Part shown: positions 44,242 to 54,263 of the stretch, in pieces
Numbering within the stretch: the first letter of the stretch is position 1
Layout: every line of letters starts with the position of its first letter
Source: an uncultured virus (IMG/VR IMGVR_UViG_3300037112_000094)
Taxonomy: Duplodnaviria > Heunggongvirae > Uroviricota > Caudoviricetes
Direction: 5' to 3' (one strand)
DNA length: 64,000 nucleotides
Virus record (IMG/VR): IMGVR_UViG_3300037112_000094
Span: 1 to 64,000 of that record
The notes under the pieces: generated by a model
What the model saw: only the letters and a program-made list of their open reading frames with translations
Told to the model about the DNA's origin: nothing
The model's database searches: none
Program-made: the position numbers and the translations under genes

Positions 44242-47200
44242 TCATGCTTGACCCCCTGTGCCTCCGGAAGGTGTGAACGGATTAACCGGGCGGTATGGTG
44301 CCGAGGAGCCCCAGTCATGGACGTTCAAGATACAGCCGTCAAGGTACACCGCCAAAGCGGGGTCCGTGGACTGGAACTGCATCTGCAGGAGCTTGTACTT
44401 GTTCGCACCAACCTTGAAGGTGTACTTCGTAGGTTCCTCCGTCGTCGCCGGGAGTGTGATTGGCGGAGGTCCATAACTTCCGTTGCCTTCATCGGCAACG
44501 ATGAACGTCAGTGTCACCGCCTGATTTGAAGTGTACTCGACCGTCGCTTCGTACATATTCTGCCATCCGACGCCGCCGAAAGCGGGGGTGAGAACCGTTC
44601 CAGTTACGGTTTCGGTTCCGGAGGAAGACATGAGGCGTACTGTGCCGTCCGAGCAACCGACAAGGATTCCCTGCTGGCTTTCACCTTCGTCTGCCGCGTG
44701 TATAGTTGGAATTGGGCCGATGTATTTATCCAGAATCCATCCCTCAGCGGCGGTGTCAAATACCAAGGTAGCGTTCCCTGTTTCCTCAACGGAAGCCTCG
44801 TAGAAAACAGTCAGAGACACTTCATTAAGATTCAACTGTGATCCTAGATTCAGACCTGAAGCGAAGTTCGCTCCCAAGTTGTTGGCCTGTGTGCCCGACA
44901 TTCCTCCCTGTCCCCATAGATCGCCGTTTCCGCCGAGGGTGTACGGCAAAGGCCACGATCCCGGATTGATTGCCTTAACATTTCCGACTGGAGTTCCACT
45001 TACTGTCAGTTGAATGGTCTCGTCGCTTGCGCCACCGAAAACCAATCCGCTTTCGAAATCGATCTCGATACCAGTTACCACAGCCCCCGGAGGAATCGAC
45101 AACCCGGTTCCTGTGAGTTCTAAGGTCTGTGATTGATTCGATGGCAGAGCACCGCTTGAAACCGTGTAGTAGACGGCAAGTGCGACGGAAGAGACATCAA
45201 CTCGACCCGGCCATGGTCCAGTTCGAGCCGTGAGGTTTAGATTGAGGTAAGCTCCAGTGATATCGGCAGCCAAACTTCCCAATGAATCTGCTGGTGAGGG
45301 AGCACTATATTGGCCGTCCGCTGTAACATACTCGCTCCACACCTCTGTGACACCAACACCACCCGATAGAACAAAATAAAAACCGCTGGCTGTTTCAAAA
45401 TTCGCCATGACTGCCACAGGATAGATTCTGGTGATGACAGCACCCACGGGGAGAGTGGGAACCGTGAAACCGCTCCATCCACAGTCCACGTCGGTGAGGA
45501 ATGGAGTGTCTGGAGTTCCGGTATTAGCCGTGCCACAGGCTCCGCCTGCAATCCAGCTTGCCGACGCGATTCCAGCCTTTGCTCCGGCGAACGTAGTGAA
45601 TCCGCTGTTTGGAGGTAGTGCAGCGGTTGGAAGAGAATAAGCTACATATTCTCCAGCGTCAGGAGTAAACGGAGGATTCGGAATCGAAAGAGACGCATAG
45701 TTAGGGATGGCTGGAGTGGCGTTTCCGGAATCAGCCGTCGCTCCCGTGTCTGGATAGGGGAAGACCGCCGAAAACTGCGTTGAACTCAAACCAGAAGATA
45801 TTACAACCAGCGGAATTCCGTTAAGAAATGAACCAGCCACCATGTCCGCAAAATTAACCGCTTCTCCAGCCACAAAATCGTTATCGGATATGAATGTCAT
45901 TACGCCGCCGCTTACCGACCAACTCGTGATCGTAGCGGATACTGGCGTTCCAGACAGCAGAGCGCCCGGTGGGTTCAACCACGCTATGCCGCTCCCAGCG
46001 CTCGCGGCATTCTCTGGAACAAAGCTGACATTCGTAACTATCGTTCCGCTGAAGTTGTAGCCGTAGTCGTAGTAGAGATACCCATTCTGGTAGGTGAATT
46101 GCTGGAATTGTGGATGGGTGTCGTCCGGAGGATAGATGATCACGCCATTTCTTGTGACTGGAGTTGGGATAGAACCTTCATGCGAGAAGAGAGGATAGAG
46201 AGTCTCATCTGTGATCGACTTCGATGACAAGCCAGCAACCGACACGTGGACTCCGTCATCGACGCGGAAGAACACGTTTCCTCCACCTGAAACGGCCACA
46301 CAACGCGGCATGAACAGACCACGATCAATCGGCGTGAGGCGTGTGCTCCAAGTCGATCCTGAAGTGCCAGTGGCCGTGGCGAGTGCATTGAAGAAGTTGG
46401 GAACGATGTTCCAGAACCTCTTGATCGAACCCAAGAGCACTTTTCCAGTCGTCATCACGAGGTTGATGAGAGTCTCCGATGGATCGGTGATGTCCTGCTG
46501 GTTAGTGTCAGGAGCCGAATCAAGATTGTTGCCTTTCGACCAGTAGTAGGTTGCTGGGCGTAACGGATCACCAACCCCGCAAGCGAACGGAATGTTGTCG
46601 GTAGGACCGGCAATGTAAGGCATCGGCTGCGCTGCCAGAATAGGTTCCGGAATCTCATACACGAGATTCGTTCCATCCGGGACATTGGGTATTTCTATCG
46701 TCGTCGTGGACGTTGGACGCGCGATGAAGATGTACGGGAGAGATGTCGGTGAACCAATCAGGATCACCGTTCCTCCGAGCCAACGGATGTTGAATCCAGT
46801 TGCCGAACCTCCTATCGCGCCACCTGAAACCCAAGTGATCACTCCACCTGAGACGCTGCAAGTTCCCTTCTGCGGAAGATCAATCGATGGGAATGGTTCA
46901 AAGTTGTCGTACTCCAAAAGCTGGGTGCCCAATTCTGTATCGGTAAGCGAGTCGGTGATCGGGGTGTTCGTTCCACCACCACCTAAGTCGTCGTTTGGCC
47001 CGGTCGCCACATAGGTAAAATTTGCCGTAGTAGAGTCGACGCGATAGTAATCCACCACATCGACTTGCGGATCGTTGGACCAGTACGAAGTGACAGTGTT
47101 CGCCGTGACCGGTACCGTCTCTGGCGCGGATTCTGGAGAGGGATTAGACAATGCCCCAGTCGTCGAGGAGCGATAGACATAGCGGTACTGTGTTTCCTGA

Positions 47201-49557
47201 CGAACACTGGCTGGGAGCGGCGGAACAAGTGTCGGCGCTCCACCAGCGGTAGCTGAGACATTGATGAGAAGAATGCGTCCTGAGTGGTACCAGAAGTCGT
47301 AATCGACCTCGATTGGATATACGCCAGCATTTGGGACGCTTACTACGACCGTAGCCTGCGACTCCACTCCTCCAAGCCCATGGCCCGAGAACAGCGCTGT
47401 GACGCGCGGAAGAAGCGGCAAACCGCTCACCACTGTGATCGACTGTCCGGCTTCAGATAGCGTAGTGGACCGAGAGGTGGTCGATGAGAGTGTCGGCGGG
47501 TTCCCGGATGCGTACTGAAAGCTTTCTCCAGACGCAGAGAACAAAGTTACGCCCCCTCCGATTCCCCAGATGATGTCGTCTTTGTACGTGAGGACAAAGG
47601 TGTAGTTTCCTGCCGATGGAAAGTAGATATTTCCTGTCAGACAGAAATTGAAGTTGTCGAAGCTCGTGTTGGTTGGATAAGTCTTTGTCAGCGGTGCCGG
47701 GAATACAGGAGCGCTTCCGAGTACAACACTTTCCGGAGAAATATCGAACCACTGCATCGGCACGGTAATGACAGATGGAGCGGTCGAGTATTCATCGAGG
47801 CTTGGAGGTCCGGGAATGCCTGTCGGTTGAGCGGGGACCGCCTGCGAACCGAAGTTGGCGTCGAAGATGAGCGAATTGCCTGTCGTGGTTCCGACAGCAT
47901 TGCTGATCGAGTGCGATGGGCCGGAGCCCGAAGGATCATCCGGATTCCTCCAGAGATACACCGCGACGCCTCCGCTCGTCGGGGAGTCGTCAAAATAACT
48001 GAGCGACAGGTTCCCAAGAAGAGCCGTGGTCGTGGGCAGTGCATTCGTTGTGACTGTAGCCACGAGTGCGAATGATCCAGAGTTAGAGGAGAACGTGTTG
48101 CCTGTCGAGTTGATGCCGATTTGAAACTGCTCCGCCCCGAAGGGAACTGGGATCGCAACGCCGATGTTGCCGCCCACGTCGACCACCGAAGTGATGTAGA
48201 GCGGAGCGAGGCCAAGTGGAAGAACGTTGCCAGCGCCGTCCGTGAACGCGCCGACGACCACCGACACTGAGCCCGGAACGACTCCGCCAACCTGCACGTA
48301 GCCACCGGGGTTTGTTGGTCCCGGAGCCGGACCAGCATCAGTAGGGACCTTCAAACCGCCATTGATTGTTGCTGTGCCGGTCAACGATGTGACCGTGACC
48401 GTCGATGCGTTTAGAACTTCGATGATGAACGGTGGCGTCCCGTCTGGCGTCGGGTCGGGCGGACCGTGCGATTCGCCGTAGTTGAAGGATGGATTTTGGC
48501 CGAGGTAGTTTGTCCACGGGATATCCGTGGCGAGCAGAGTACCTGTCGTGGTCACTGTCCCCGAAGAAGTCGAGACTACGGGCGCAAGTTGTGGCTCCTT
48601 GATGCCCATCTTGTAAGTCAGACCGTCAGATCGAATCTTCAACATCCCCGAGCAGACGAACCCGGATGCCGTGATCGTTACGTCTCCCTGCGGTGCCGAA
48701 TCTCCAACGTACATCCACGGCTGAACGGAAGCGTTCGGGCGGAACGGGACCAGCGACACAGGGTTTCCGGAGAGTCCGGAGGCGACCTCTGTGTTGTTGA
48801 CGTACATCTTCCCACCCGCGCCGATCACCAGAGCATAACCGGAAGACGGTCCATTAGGCGTTGAGTCGTTCAGACGACGAATGGTATAGGGAGCATCTGG
48901 AAGGGCGATGGGAATCTGGGTCGTGTAGTAGACCGTGACGACGAGTGCATTAAGACTTATGTTAGCGAAAAAGTGACCGCCTCCAGCCACGGCGCAAGTG
49001 ATTTGAAAACCAATTCCAGTTGCTCCATTGACGTTCGTAGGTGTCCACGCGAAGCCGAGAAGGTTACCCATCCCTCCACATAGAACCGGGTAGCCTATCG
49101 TTCCACCAAGAGTAGTCGGGACCGAAGGTCCAGCGGCGATGCCATTTGCTGTCGGCTGAAGCGTTGCATTTGCTGTCTGGAGAGAACCGGAGCCGCTGTA
49201 GAACAAGAACTCAACGCCGGTAACCGTCGCAGTAGCCGGTATCGCAAACCCCAACGCCGAAATGTTTAAGGTCTGCGAACTTGCGCCCGGAGCGATGCTT
49301 ACCTGCGCGGATGTGGCGCTCGTCGAGAAGATGTCAGATGGATTCGTCCATGCCGTTCCACCGCCAGTTTGCGACACCGTTCCGGTGCTCACCGATTCCG
49401 AACCAAGGCTCGCTGGACCAATTGGAGTCGTGAGCGGATTGCGCAACGTGAATCCGCCGTTGATGTAGGCACGAACGTTCGTAGCCAGCGTCGCGAAGCC
49501 AGCCGCGAGGCGGTTGATGGGGTGAACGAGATCGAAACCTCTGAAGCGGATCGCCAT
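44242..49557 (-). CDS. large virion structural (tail) protein
   Basis: 1771 aa, beta-rich; PA14-like segment GNYTFVLTYKDD...YPIEVDY. Confidence 0.65.
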   Translation of the reverse strand: MAIRFRGFDLVHPINRLAAGFATLATNVRAYINGGFTLRNPLTTPIGPASLGSESVSTGTVSQTGGGTAWTNPSDIFSTSATSAQVSIAPGASSQTLNISALGFAIPATATVTGVEFLFYSGSGSLQTANATLQPTANGIAAGPSVPTTLGGTIGYPVLCGGMGNLLGFAWTPTNVNGATGIGFQITCAVAGGGHFFANISLNALVVTVYYTTQIPIALPDAPYTIRRLNDSTPNGPSSGYALVIGAGGKMYVNNTEVASGLSGNPVSLVPFRPNASVQPWMYVGDSAPQGDVTITASGFVCSGMLKIRSDGLTYKMGIKEPQLAPVVSTSSGTVTTTGTLLATDIPWTNYLGQNPSFNYGESHGPPDPTPDGTPPFIIEVLNASTVTVTSLTGTATINGGLKVPTDAGPAPGPTNPGGYVQVGGVVPGSVSVVVGAFTDGAGNVLPLGLAPLYITSVVDVGGNIGVAIPVPFGAEQFQIGINSTGNTFSSNSGSFALVATVTTNALPTTTALLGNLSLSYFDDSPTSGGVAVYLWRNPDDPSGSGPSHSISNAVGTTTGNSLIFDANFGSQAVPAQPTGIPGPPSLDEYSTAPSVITVPMQWFDISPESVVLGSAPVFPAPLTKTYPTNTSFDNFNFCLTGNIYFPSAGNYTFVLTYKDDIIWGIGGGVTLFSASGESFQYASGNPPTLSSTTSRSTTLSEAGQSITVVSGLPLLPRVTALFSGHGLGGVESQATVVVSVPNAGVYPIEVDYDFWYHSGRILLINVSATAGGAPTLVPPLPASVRQETQYRYVYRSSTTGALSNPSPESAPETVPVTANTVTSYWSNDPQVDVVDYYRVDSTTANFTYVATGPNDDLGGGGTNTPITDSLTDTELGTQLLEYDNFEPFPSIDLPQKGTCSVSGGVITWVSGGAIGGSATGFNIRWLGGTVILIGSPTSLPYIFIARPTSTTTIEIPNVPDGTNLVYEIPEPILAAQPMPYIAGPTDNIPFACGVGDPLRPATYYWSKGNNLDSAPDTNQQDITDPSETLINLVMTTGKVLLGSIKRFWNIVPNFFNALATATGTSGSTWSTRLTPIDRGLFMPRCVAVSGGGNVFFRVDDGVHVSVAGLSSKSITDETLYPLFSHEGSIPTPVTRNGVIIYPPDDTHPQFQQFTYQNGYLYYDYGYNFSGTIVTNVSFVPENAASAGSGIAWLNPPGALLSGTPVSATITSWSVSGGVMTFISDNDFVAGEAVNFADMVAGSFLNGIPLVVISSGLSSTQFSAVFPYPDTGATADSGNATPAIPNYASLSIPNPPFTPDAGEYVAYSLPTAALPPNSGFTTFAGAKAGIASASWIAGGACGTANTGTPDTPFLTDVDCGWSGFTVPTLPVGAVITRIYPVAVMANFETASGFYFVLSGGVGVTEVWSEYVTADGQYSAPSPADSLGSLAADITGAYLNLNLTARTGPWPGRVDVSSVALAVYYTVSSGALPSNQSQTLELTGTGLSIPPGAVVTGIEIDFESGLVFGGASDETIQLTVSGTPVGNVKAINPGSWPLPYTLGGNGDLWGQGGMSGTQANNLGANFASGLNLGSQLNLNEVSLTVFYEASVEETGNATLVFDTAAEGWILDKYIGPIPTIHAADEGESQQGILVGCSDGTVRLMSSSGTETVTGTVLTPAFGGVGWQNMYEATVEYTSNQAVTLTFIVADEGNGSYGPPPITLPATTEEPTKYTFKVGANKYKLLQMQFQSTDPALAVYLDGCILNVHDWGSSAPYRPVNPFTPSGGTGGQA

Positions 49558-49559
49558 AG

Positions 49560-50888
49560 TTACCGGGTATTCTTCTTGTTAGCGGAGTTGTATCTGTTCA
49601 TGTCACGTTCCTGTGTCTGAGCGCGCTCCACGAGAATGTCGCTGAAGGCTCCCATACTCTGGAGCCTTGAGTTCTCGGCGGCGCACGCCTGAATCGCCCT
49701 CAGTTCAAGCTCCAGACCCGCCTTCCACTCGCCGCCCCCGAGCTTAAATAGGCACCGGCTCTGAGCAAGATCGAGCACCGTATCCCAGTCCGACCTCGAT
49801 ACCTGCACGTAGGTATTTGTCGAGTCGAGGTACGGCGCGTTTGCGAGGACGGTGACGCCGATTCCCGATCCCTGCGGAGCGGCGATGAAATCCACGCCAC
49901 CCGAGACGATCACGGGTCCGAATCCAGTCGGATTCGAATCCCACTCCGCAGAATAACGGTCCATCGATACGATTGAGTCGATTGTCACCGCTTCTCCGTT
50001 CACCTTTCCGAGTTCGATCCATGGCGTCTTCAAAAGCAATTGGAGCCCGTCTTGGTAGCGCTTCAAGGCATAGTCGGCTCGTTCCCTGTCTGTGGCCTCA
50101 GATTCGTGCCCCAAAAGGTCCGCTAGGGCTCCCCACTCCAATACCCACGCGAAGTCGTTGGGGATGCCAATGGGGGTCGCTGCGGGCGGATTGAACGCTG
50201 CTCCAGATTGCAGGACCACGGCTTCGTAGGTTCCGGCATTATCCGGAGCTACATCCACATCCCAAGTGAGCGGCGGTTCGGAGGACAGACTGAACGTCTG
50301 TGGCGTTCCCGGTGCCAGTTGGTAAAGAGGAGCCTCGTAGAATTCCTGCGCTACCGTGTCGTCACGGTACAGTGTGTTGGGCGTGCCTCCAGTTGGAAGG
50401 TAGCGCACCCTCTCCACGTCGATGACGGTATCCGGAAGTTGTGTTCTGGTCGTACCCGGCGTCAGCGCAATGCCAGAGAGCAGCGACTGGTTAGCATTGC
50501 TGACCTGAAGCATCTCGTCCCGGCGAGTCTGAAGAGCTTGCGATACTGTCGCGATTGAGAACTGATTTGTGCCCGTCCACGTCCCACCCGTTGGCGGCTC
50601 GAATAGCATGTACTCAAGCTCGGTGTAGCAGTAGACATCGGTGATCGTGCGGAGGCGAGGAGAGTTTGCCAGTTGCCCCAACGAGTTCCAGACATTGGTC
50701 GGGTCGCTGTAGGTGAAATCCTGTCTCCACATGTAGCTCAACACATTGAACTGCCGAAGGCTTTGCTGGAGGTAAACGATCAACTCGGCAGTTGTCCACG
50801 TCGACGTTGAAGACGGAGAGATATTCAGCCTCTGCCCCAGTTGTGAGATAGCGGTCGTTAGGCTCAGCCATTGGTACGTTCCTGCCAT
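49560..50888 (-). CDS. putative head-tail adaptor / virion protein
   Basis: 442-aa ORF in the structural operon; role inferred from position. Confidence 0.5.
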   Translation of the reverse strand: MAGTYQWLSLTTAISQLGQRLNISPSSTSTWTTAELIVYLQQSLRQFNVLSYMWRQDFTYSDPTNVWNSLGQLANSPRLRTITDVYCYTELEYMLFEPPTGGTWTGTNQFSIATVSQALQTRRDEMLQVSNANQSLLSGIALTPGTTRTQLPDTVIDVERVRYLPTGGTPNTLYRDDTVAQEFYEAPLYQLAPGTPQTFSLSSEPPLTWDVDVAPDNAGTYEAVVLQSGAAFNPPAATPIGIPNDFAWVLEWGALADLLGHESEATDRERADYALKRYQDGLQLLLKTPWIELGKVNGEAVTIDSIVSMDRYSAEWDSNPTGFGPVIVSGGVDFIAAPQGSGIGVTVLANAPYLDSTNTYVQVSRSDWDTVLDLAQSRCLFKLGGGEWKAGLELELRAIQACAAENSRLQSMGAFSDILVERAQTQERDMNRYNSANKKNTR

Positions 50889-50906
50889 TTCCCCTCGCGG
50901 GCTTCA

Positions 50907-51212
50907 TTACATTTTCTTCACTGAGACTTTTTTCTTGCCGCCCTTCTTGCCCTTTCCGCTGACTTTTTTCGCGAGGCCAGCGAAGCCCTGAGAGGCGATT
51001 CGCAGCGCAGTCGGGTGATCTGTGGCGACAAATTTCTTGCTCGTGTATTGGTGCTTCTTGCCCTTTCCAAGGCCCTCGCTGCTCACGCGGACGATGAAGC
51101 CATTCTCGGCCTCTTCGATCCCAGCATTGGCGCTCCGGTCCGGAGACGACATGGGCGCTGCACACGCCGTGTTCTCTGCTGACTTTTTGCTCTTCTTCCG
51201 CTTCTTCGCCAT
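50907..51212 (-). CDS. small Lys-rich protein
   Basis: GAGGTG SD; IEEAENGFIV core. Confidence 0.65.
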   Translation of the reverse strand: MAKKRKKSKKSAENTACAAPMSSPDRSANAGIEEAENGFIVRVSSEGLGKGKKHQYTSKKFVATDHPTALRIASQGFAGLAKKVSGKGKKGGKKKVSVKKM

Positions 51213-51216
51213 CACA

Positions 51217-51342
51217 TCACCTCTTCGTCACGATTTTCCTGCGTGTCCCCTTGCCTTTCTTTTTGCCTGAGAGCTTCGGAGCGCAGCAGGCCGACGCTTT
51301 TTTCACCGATTCCAAGTTTGTCGCCCCGACTTCGCTCCCCAT
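51217..51342 (-). CDS. tiny Lys-rich protein (41 aa)
   Basis: fills the gap between neighbours exactly; MGSEVGATN...RRKIVTKR. Confidence 0.55.
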   Translation of the reverse strand: MGSEVGATNLESVKKASACCAPKLSGKKKGKGTRRKIVTKR

Positions 51343-51345
51343 CGT

Positions 51346-51612
51346 TTACGCCTTCGAAGCGATGCGCTTGCCGTGGTGCTTTTTGCGGCCCTTGGCCTTC
51401 TTGATGTTGCCGTGCTTCGCCTTCCCCATGAACCGCAGCGCCAGACGACCACGCGCGGACTTGCTCTTGTCGGGCGAGGATGCTTCGGATTCAGCTTCCG
51501 CAGTGGTAGATTTTCCGTGAGCCTCTGCGGCTTTGGTCAAGCTCCCTTTGTGCTTAACCGCGCCCTGAATCCACTTCTTTGACTTCTTCGCGTGCTTCTT
51601 CTTATGCGGCAT
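51346..51612 (-). CDS. small Lys/His-rich protein
   Basis: AGGAG SD; KKWIQGAVKHKGSLT. Confidence 0.7.
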   Translation of the reverse strand: MPHKKKHAKKSKKWIQGAVKHKGSLTKAAEAHGKSTTAEAESEASSPDKSKSARGRLALRFMGKAKHGNIKKAKGRKKHHGKRIASKA

Positions 51613-52255
51613 ATCGAATCTCCTCCCACTTCTTTCCGCGCCATGAATCGTACTGGCATTTTCTGGAACAGAATTTCGATCCTGAAGCGTGACATTTTGG
51701 ACGATAAAACTTAGCTTTACAAAATCTGCATTCGAGGTAAACTCCCGATCTCTGGCGAGGAATCATGATCATTCCTGCAAGATGTGGGTGCTCTTTCGCG
51801 TGGCAATCGGCGCAGATGATTTCTATGTTTTCCTCAGCGTCTCGCTTTTCTGGGAAATCGGCGTATGGAAGCCTATGATGTCCCTGAAGATTCGCGGTCG
51901 ATCCACATCTTTCGCAGGCTTTTCTCTTGCGCTTCACGCGAGCGATTGCGGTCCTGCTCTTCCACTCGCGATCAGAAATTCCGCCCTTCCAGTTCGGATT
52001 GTTATCTTTCGATAGCATCATTCCGACCGCGACCCGTGAACACTTTCTCGTGCAGTAGCGACGATCTTTCGATACTGATTTGTAGCATTCAAAATCGACC
52101 CCGCACACGTAGCACACAAGCCAAACCTTCGGCCTCGGATGGTGAGTCTTAAAGGGTGCAGCGCAACTCCTGGAGCAGTATTTTTCGCCACGGCGCGGCT
52201 TCCCACAGGCGAGGCAGGTTCCCTTGAAGCGACGCTTTGAATACGGAAACGCCAA
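51602..52255 (-). CDS. HNH endonuclease with zinc fingers
   Basis: NPNWKGG; CERCG...HHRLP...N...CADCHAKEH; GGAGG before TTG. Confidence 0.85.
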   Translation of the reverse strand: MAFPYSKRRFKGTCLACGKPRRGEKYCSRSCAAPFKTHHPRPKVWLVCYVCGVDFECYKSVSKDRRYCTRKCSRVAVGMMLSKDNNPNWKGGISDREWKSRTAIARVKRKRKACERCGSTANLQGHHRLPYADFPEKRDAEENIEIICADCHAKEHPHLAGMIMIPRQRSGVYLECRFCKAKFYRPKCHASGSKFCSRKCQYDSWRGKKWEEIRYAA

Positions 52256-52264
52256 TGTTCCTCC

Positions 52265-52300
52265 AAACAAAAACGGCCCCGACTTTTACGTCGGAGCCGC
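52265..52300 (-). terminator. terminator hairpin directly upstream of the HNH gene
   Basis: GCGGCTCCGAC-GTAAAA-GTCGGGGCCGT-TTTTGTTT. Confidence 0.7.
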
Positions 52301-52391
52301 CGCTTGTTTCCCGAGCCGGTCAGGATGGGATCGGGAAGGCACGTTGCTCACTGCTGTTTATACCGCAATCGAGAGCCGCTGTCACTGAAAA

Positions 52392-52571
52392 TCAGCGCTT
52401 TCGCGATACTCTCTTCTTCTGCGCTTTCTTGCGCTTCTTGCCGTGCTGAACCTTGTGGCATCCTTTGCCTTTGATGCAAACCTTTTCGGCGTGCGTGGGA
52501 ATGCCGTGGATGTGCGTGTACGCGCGGCTCTCGCGGTAGGCTTCCTCGCTCTTGAACGTCTCGGTTGGCAT
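52392..52571 (-). CDS. small basic protein (59 aa)
   Basis: starts 1 nt after the upstream stop; MPTETFKS...KKRVSRKR. Confidence 0.55.
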   Translation of the reverse strand: MPTETFKSEEAYRESRAYTHIHGIPTHAEKVCIKGKGCHKVQHGKKRKKAQKKRVSRKR

Positions 52572-52572
52572 C

Positions 52573-53025
52573 CTACTTCTCCGTGAAAAATAACTGCCCA
52601 GCGATCTCGCACCGGTAAGTCACGACCGCAGGATTCCAGCCCTCCGGGAACGGCACCACGGTGCCACTTGGAAGTGTGAAGGTTGCCGTCGTCCGGATGC
52701 CTTTTGGGTTGTAGTAGAGGGTGCTGCCACCTGTGATATCTGGAAGCACCCCTGCGGAGATGTCAGCGGCCAGCGACAGGGAGGTGATGAAGGCACTCCA
52801 GTCTGGAGCGTTGAGCGCGTTTGGGCCGATTCCAAGTTCCTTATCGCCGGGTGTGGTCATGCTCGAAAACTGCTCAGGCCGCAACGCCTCCTCGTAGACG
52901 CTGCTCTTCGCTTTGGCCGCGCGGTTCACGAGCACGTTCAGGATCGAATGCATCCCTTGCGCGCCACCGCCGCGCGCTTCCTTCCATGCACAGATAGCAC
53001 CTACGACCTGATCCTGAAGAGTCAT
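52573..53025 (-). CDS. cell-wall hydrolase (SleB/Hydrolase_2-like), probable endolysin
   Basis: EARG...V..NR...QFS...DITGGSTLYYNP...IAGQLFF. Confidence 0.8.
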   Translation of the reverse strand: MTLQDQVVGAICAWKEARGGGAQGMHSILNVLVNRAAKAKSSVYEEALRPEQFSSMTTPGDKELGIGPNALNAPDWSAFITSLSLAADISAGVLPDITGGSTLYYNPKGIRTTATFTLPSGTVVPFPEGWNPAVVTYRCEIAGQLFFTEK

Positions 53026-53032
53026 CCGACAC

Positions 53033-53632
53033 CTACTTTATCCCTGCTGTCGCGGCCTTGATCATCGCCCTGTGCAAAATCATCCTTCGAAGCGCCATGC
53101 TCTTCGTTGCCTGCGGGTTGAAATAGTACGCGAGCCCGCTCGTCATCTCGATTGCGTTATTCGATCCGACACGCATGAAGTGTATGTCGAGCGTGGACCA
53201 CTGAAGATTCGGAGTGATCCGATAGGACGCTCCACCGCCGAAGAGTAAAGCGATTTGGTTATTCGCTGTGAATGTCGCCAGTCCGCCCGCTCCTTGGATG
53301 AAGATTTGGAACGAATCTGCGGGCAGGTTTGTCTTCGCGAATAACGCCGAGAGATCGGGCGAGTACCGAACACCTCCGAAGTATGCGTTGAATGGCGACG
53401 CCGTAATTTCGTGGCCTTCTACTGAAAGGCTGTTCCCTTTCTGTACTCCCCAATCGATCAGGTCAAGTGATTCTGTTGTATGCGTGGCGGCTGTCCATGA
53501 CTTCTGGTAGTCGAGAGCCGTAGCCTCGGCGGCACTCGAAAAAACGAGGCCGGATTGCGCGCTGGCGACTGTCGAAATTGCCAGCAACGCGATCCCGGCC
53601 CAAAGCATCTTGGTCATCAATCCTTGTTTCAT
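53033..53632 (-). CDS. exported protein, outer-membrane beta-barrel-like
   Basis: signal peptide ending ASA-Q; amphipathic strands, SGLAYYF. Confidence 0.55.
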   Translation of the reverse strand: MKQGLMTKMLWAGIALLAISTVASAQSGLVFSSAAEATALDYQKSWTAATHTTESLDLIDWGVQKGNSLSVEGHEITASPFNAYFGGVRYSPDLSALFAKTNLPADSFQIFIQGAGGLATFTANNQIALLFGGGASYRITPNLQWSTLDIHFMRVGSNNAIEMTSGLAYYFNPQATKSMALRRMILHRAMIKAATAGIK

Positions 53633-53646
53633 CGTTCGCCTCGATC

Positions 53647-54255
53647 TTATTGCAATTGGAATTTCTGGTATCCGTGAAGCCCGAGAACCGCGTTGAAGCT
53701 GGACTTCAAAGTGGCCGCATTAGGCGGTTCGACCTTGCCTGTCGCGACCGCTGCCACAGCCCTCGCCGTCACCACTGCTGGCGCTGCGCCGGGAATGAGC
53801 GCCTGAATGCTGGACAGAGTCAAGATGGCCGTTCCCAAAGCCGCTACGATCACGGCGACGATGGATGGCGATACTGATCCAGCCGGGAGAGTTGCGATGA
53901 CGCCCTGTACGTCGCTCTGTACCTTCGTCAGTGCCGCAATCAGCGCGTTTAGGTTGCCCTGCGACTTGTTCGCGTTGTAGGCGTTGGCCGCGTCTTGGAA
54001 CGCGTTGAGCGAGGCAATCGCAACGTTCATGGCCGTCGTGAGAGCCGCTGCGACGCTTGCAGGCAGGCCCCCATTGCTGGTTGCCTCAGCGATCACCGAC
54101 ACCACGCTGTTCACGATGTTGATTACGACCGGTATATCGTCGATGACCGTCGTGATCCACGCTGTCGAGCATCCAGTCGTCAGCAATACGGTCGGTGCCG
54201 CCACCGCGACCGCTGCACCGGTTCCTGAGAGTTGCAAAAACATTCTACGATTCAT
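53647..54255 (-). CDS. Tat-signal lipoprotein-like protein
   Basis: MNRRMFL twin-arginine motif; LTTGC lipobox-like site. Confidence 0.65.
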   Translation of the reverse strand: MNRRMFLQLSGTGAAVAVAAPTVLLTTGCSTAWITTVIDDIPVVINIVNSVVSVIAEATSNGGLPASVAAALTTAMNVAIASLNAFQDAANAYNANKSQGNLNALIAALTKVQSDVQGVIATLPAGSVSPSIVAVIVAALGTAILTLSSIQALIPGAAPAVVTARAVAAVATGKVEPPNAATLKSSFNAVLGLHGYQKFQLQ

Positions 54256-54263
54256 AATGCTCC

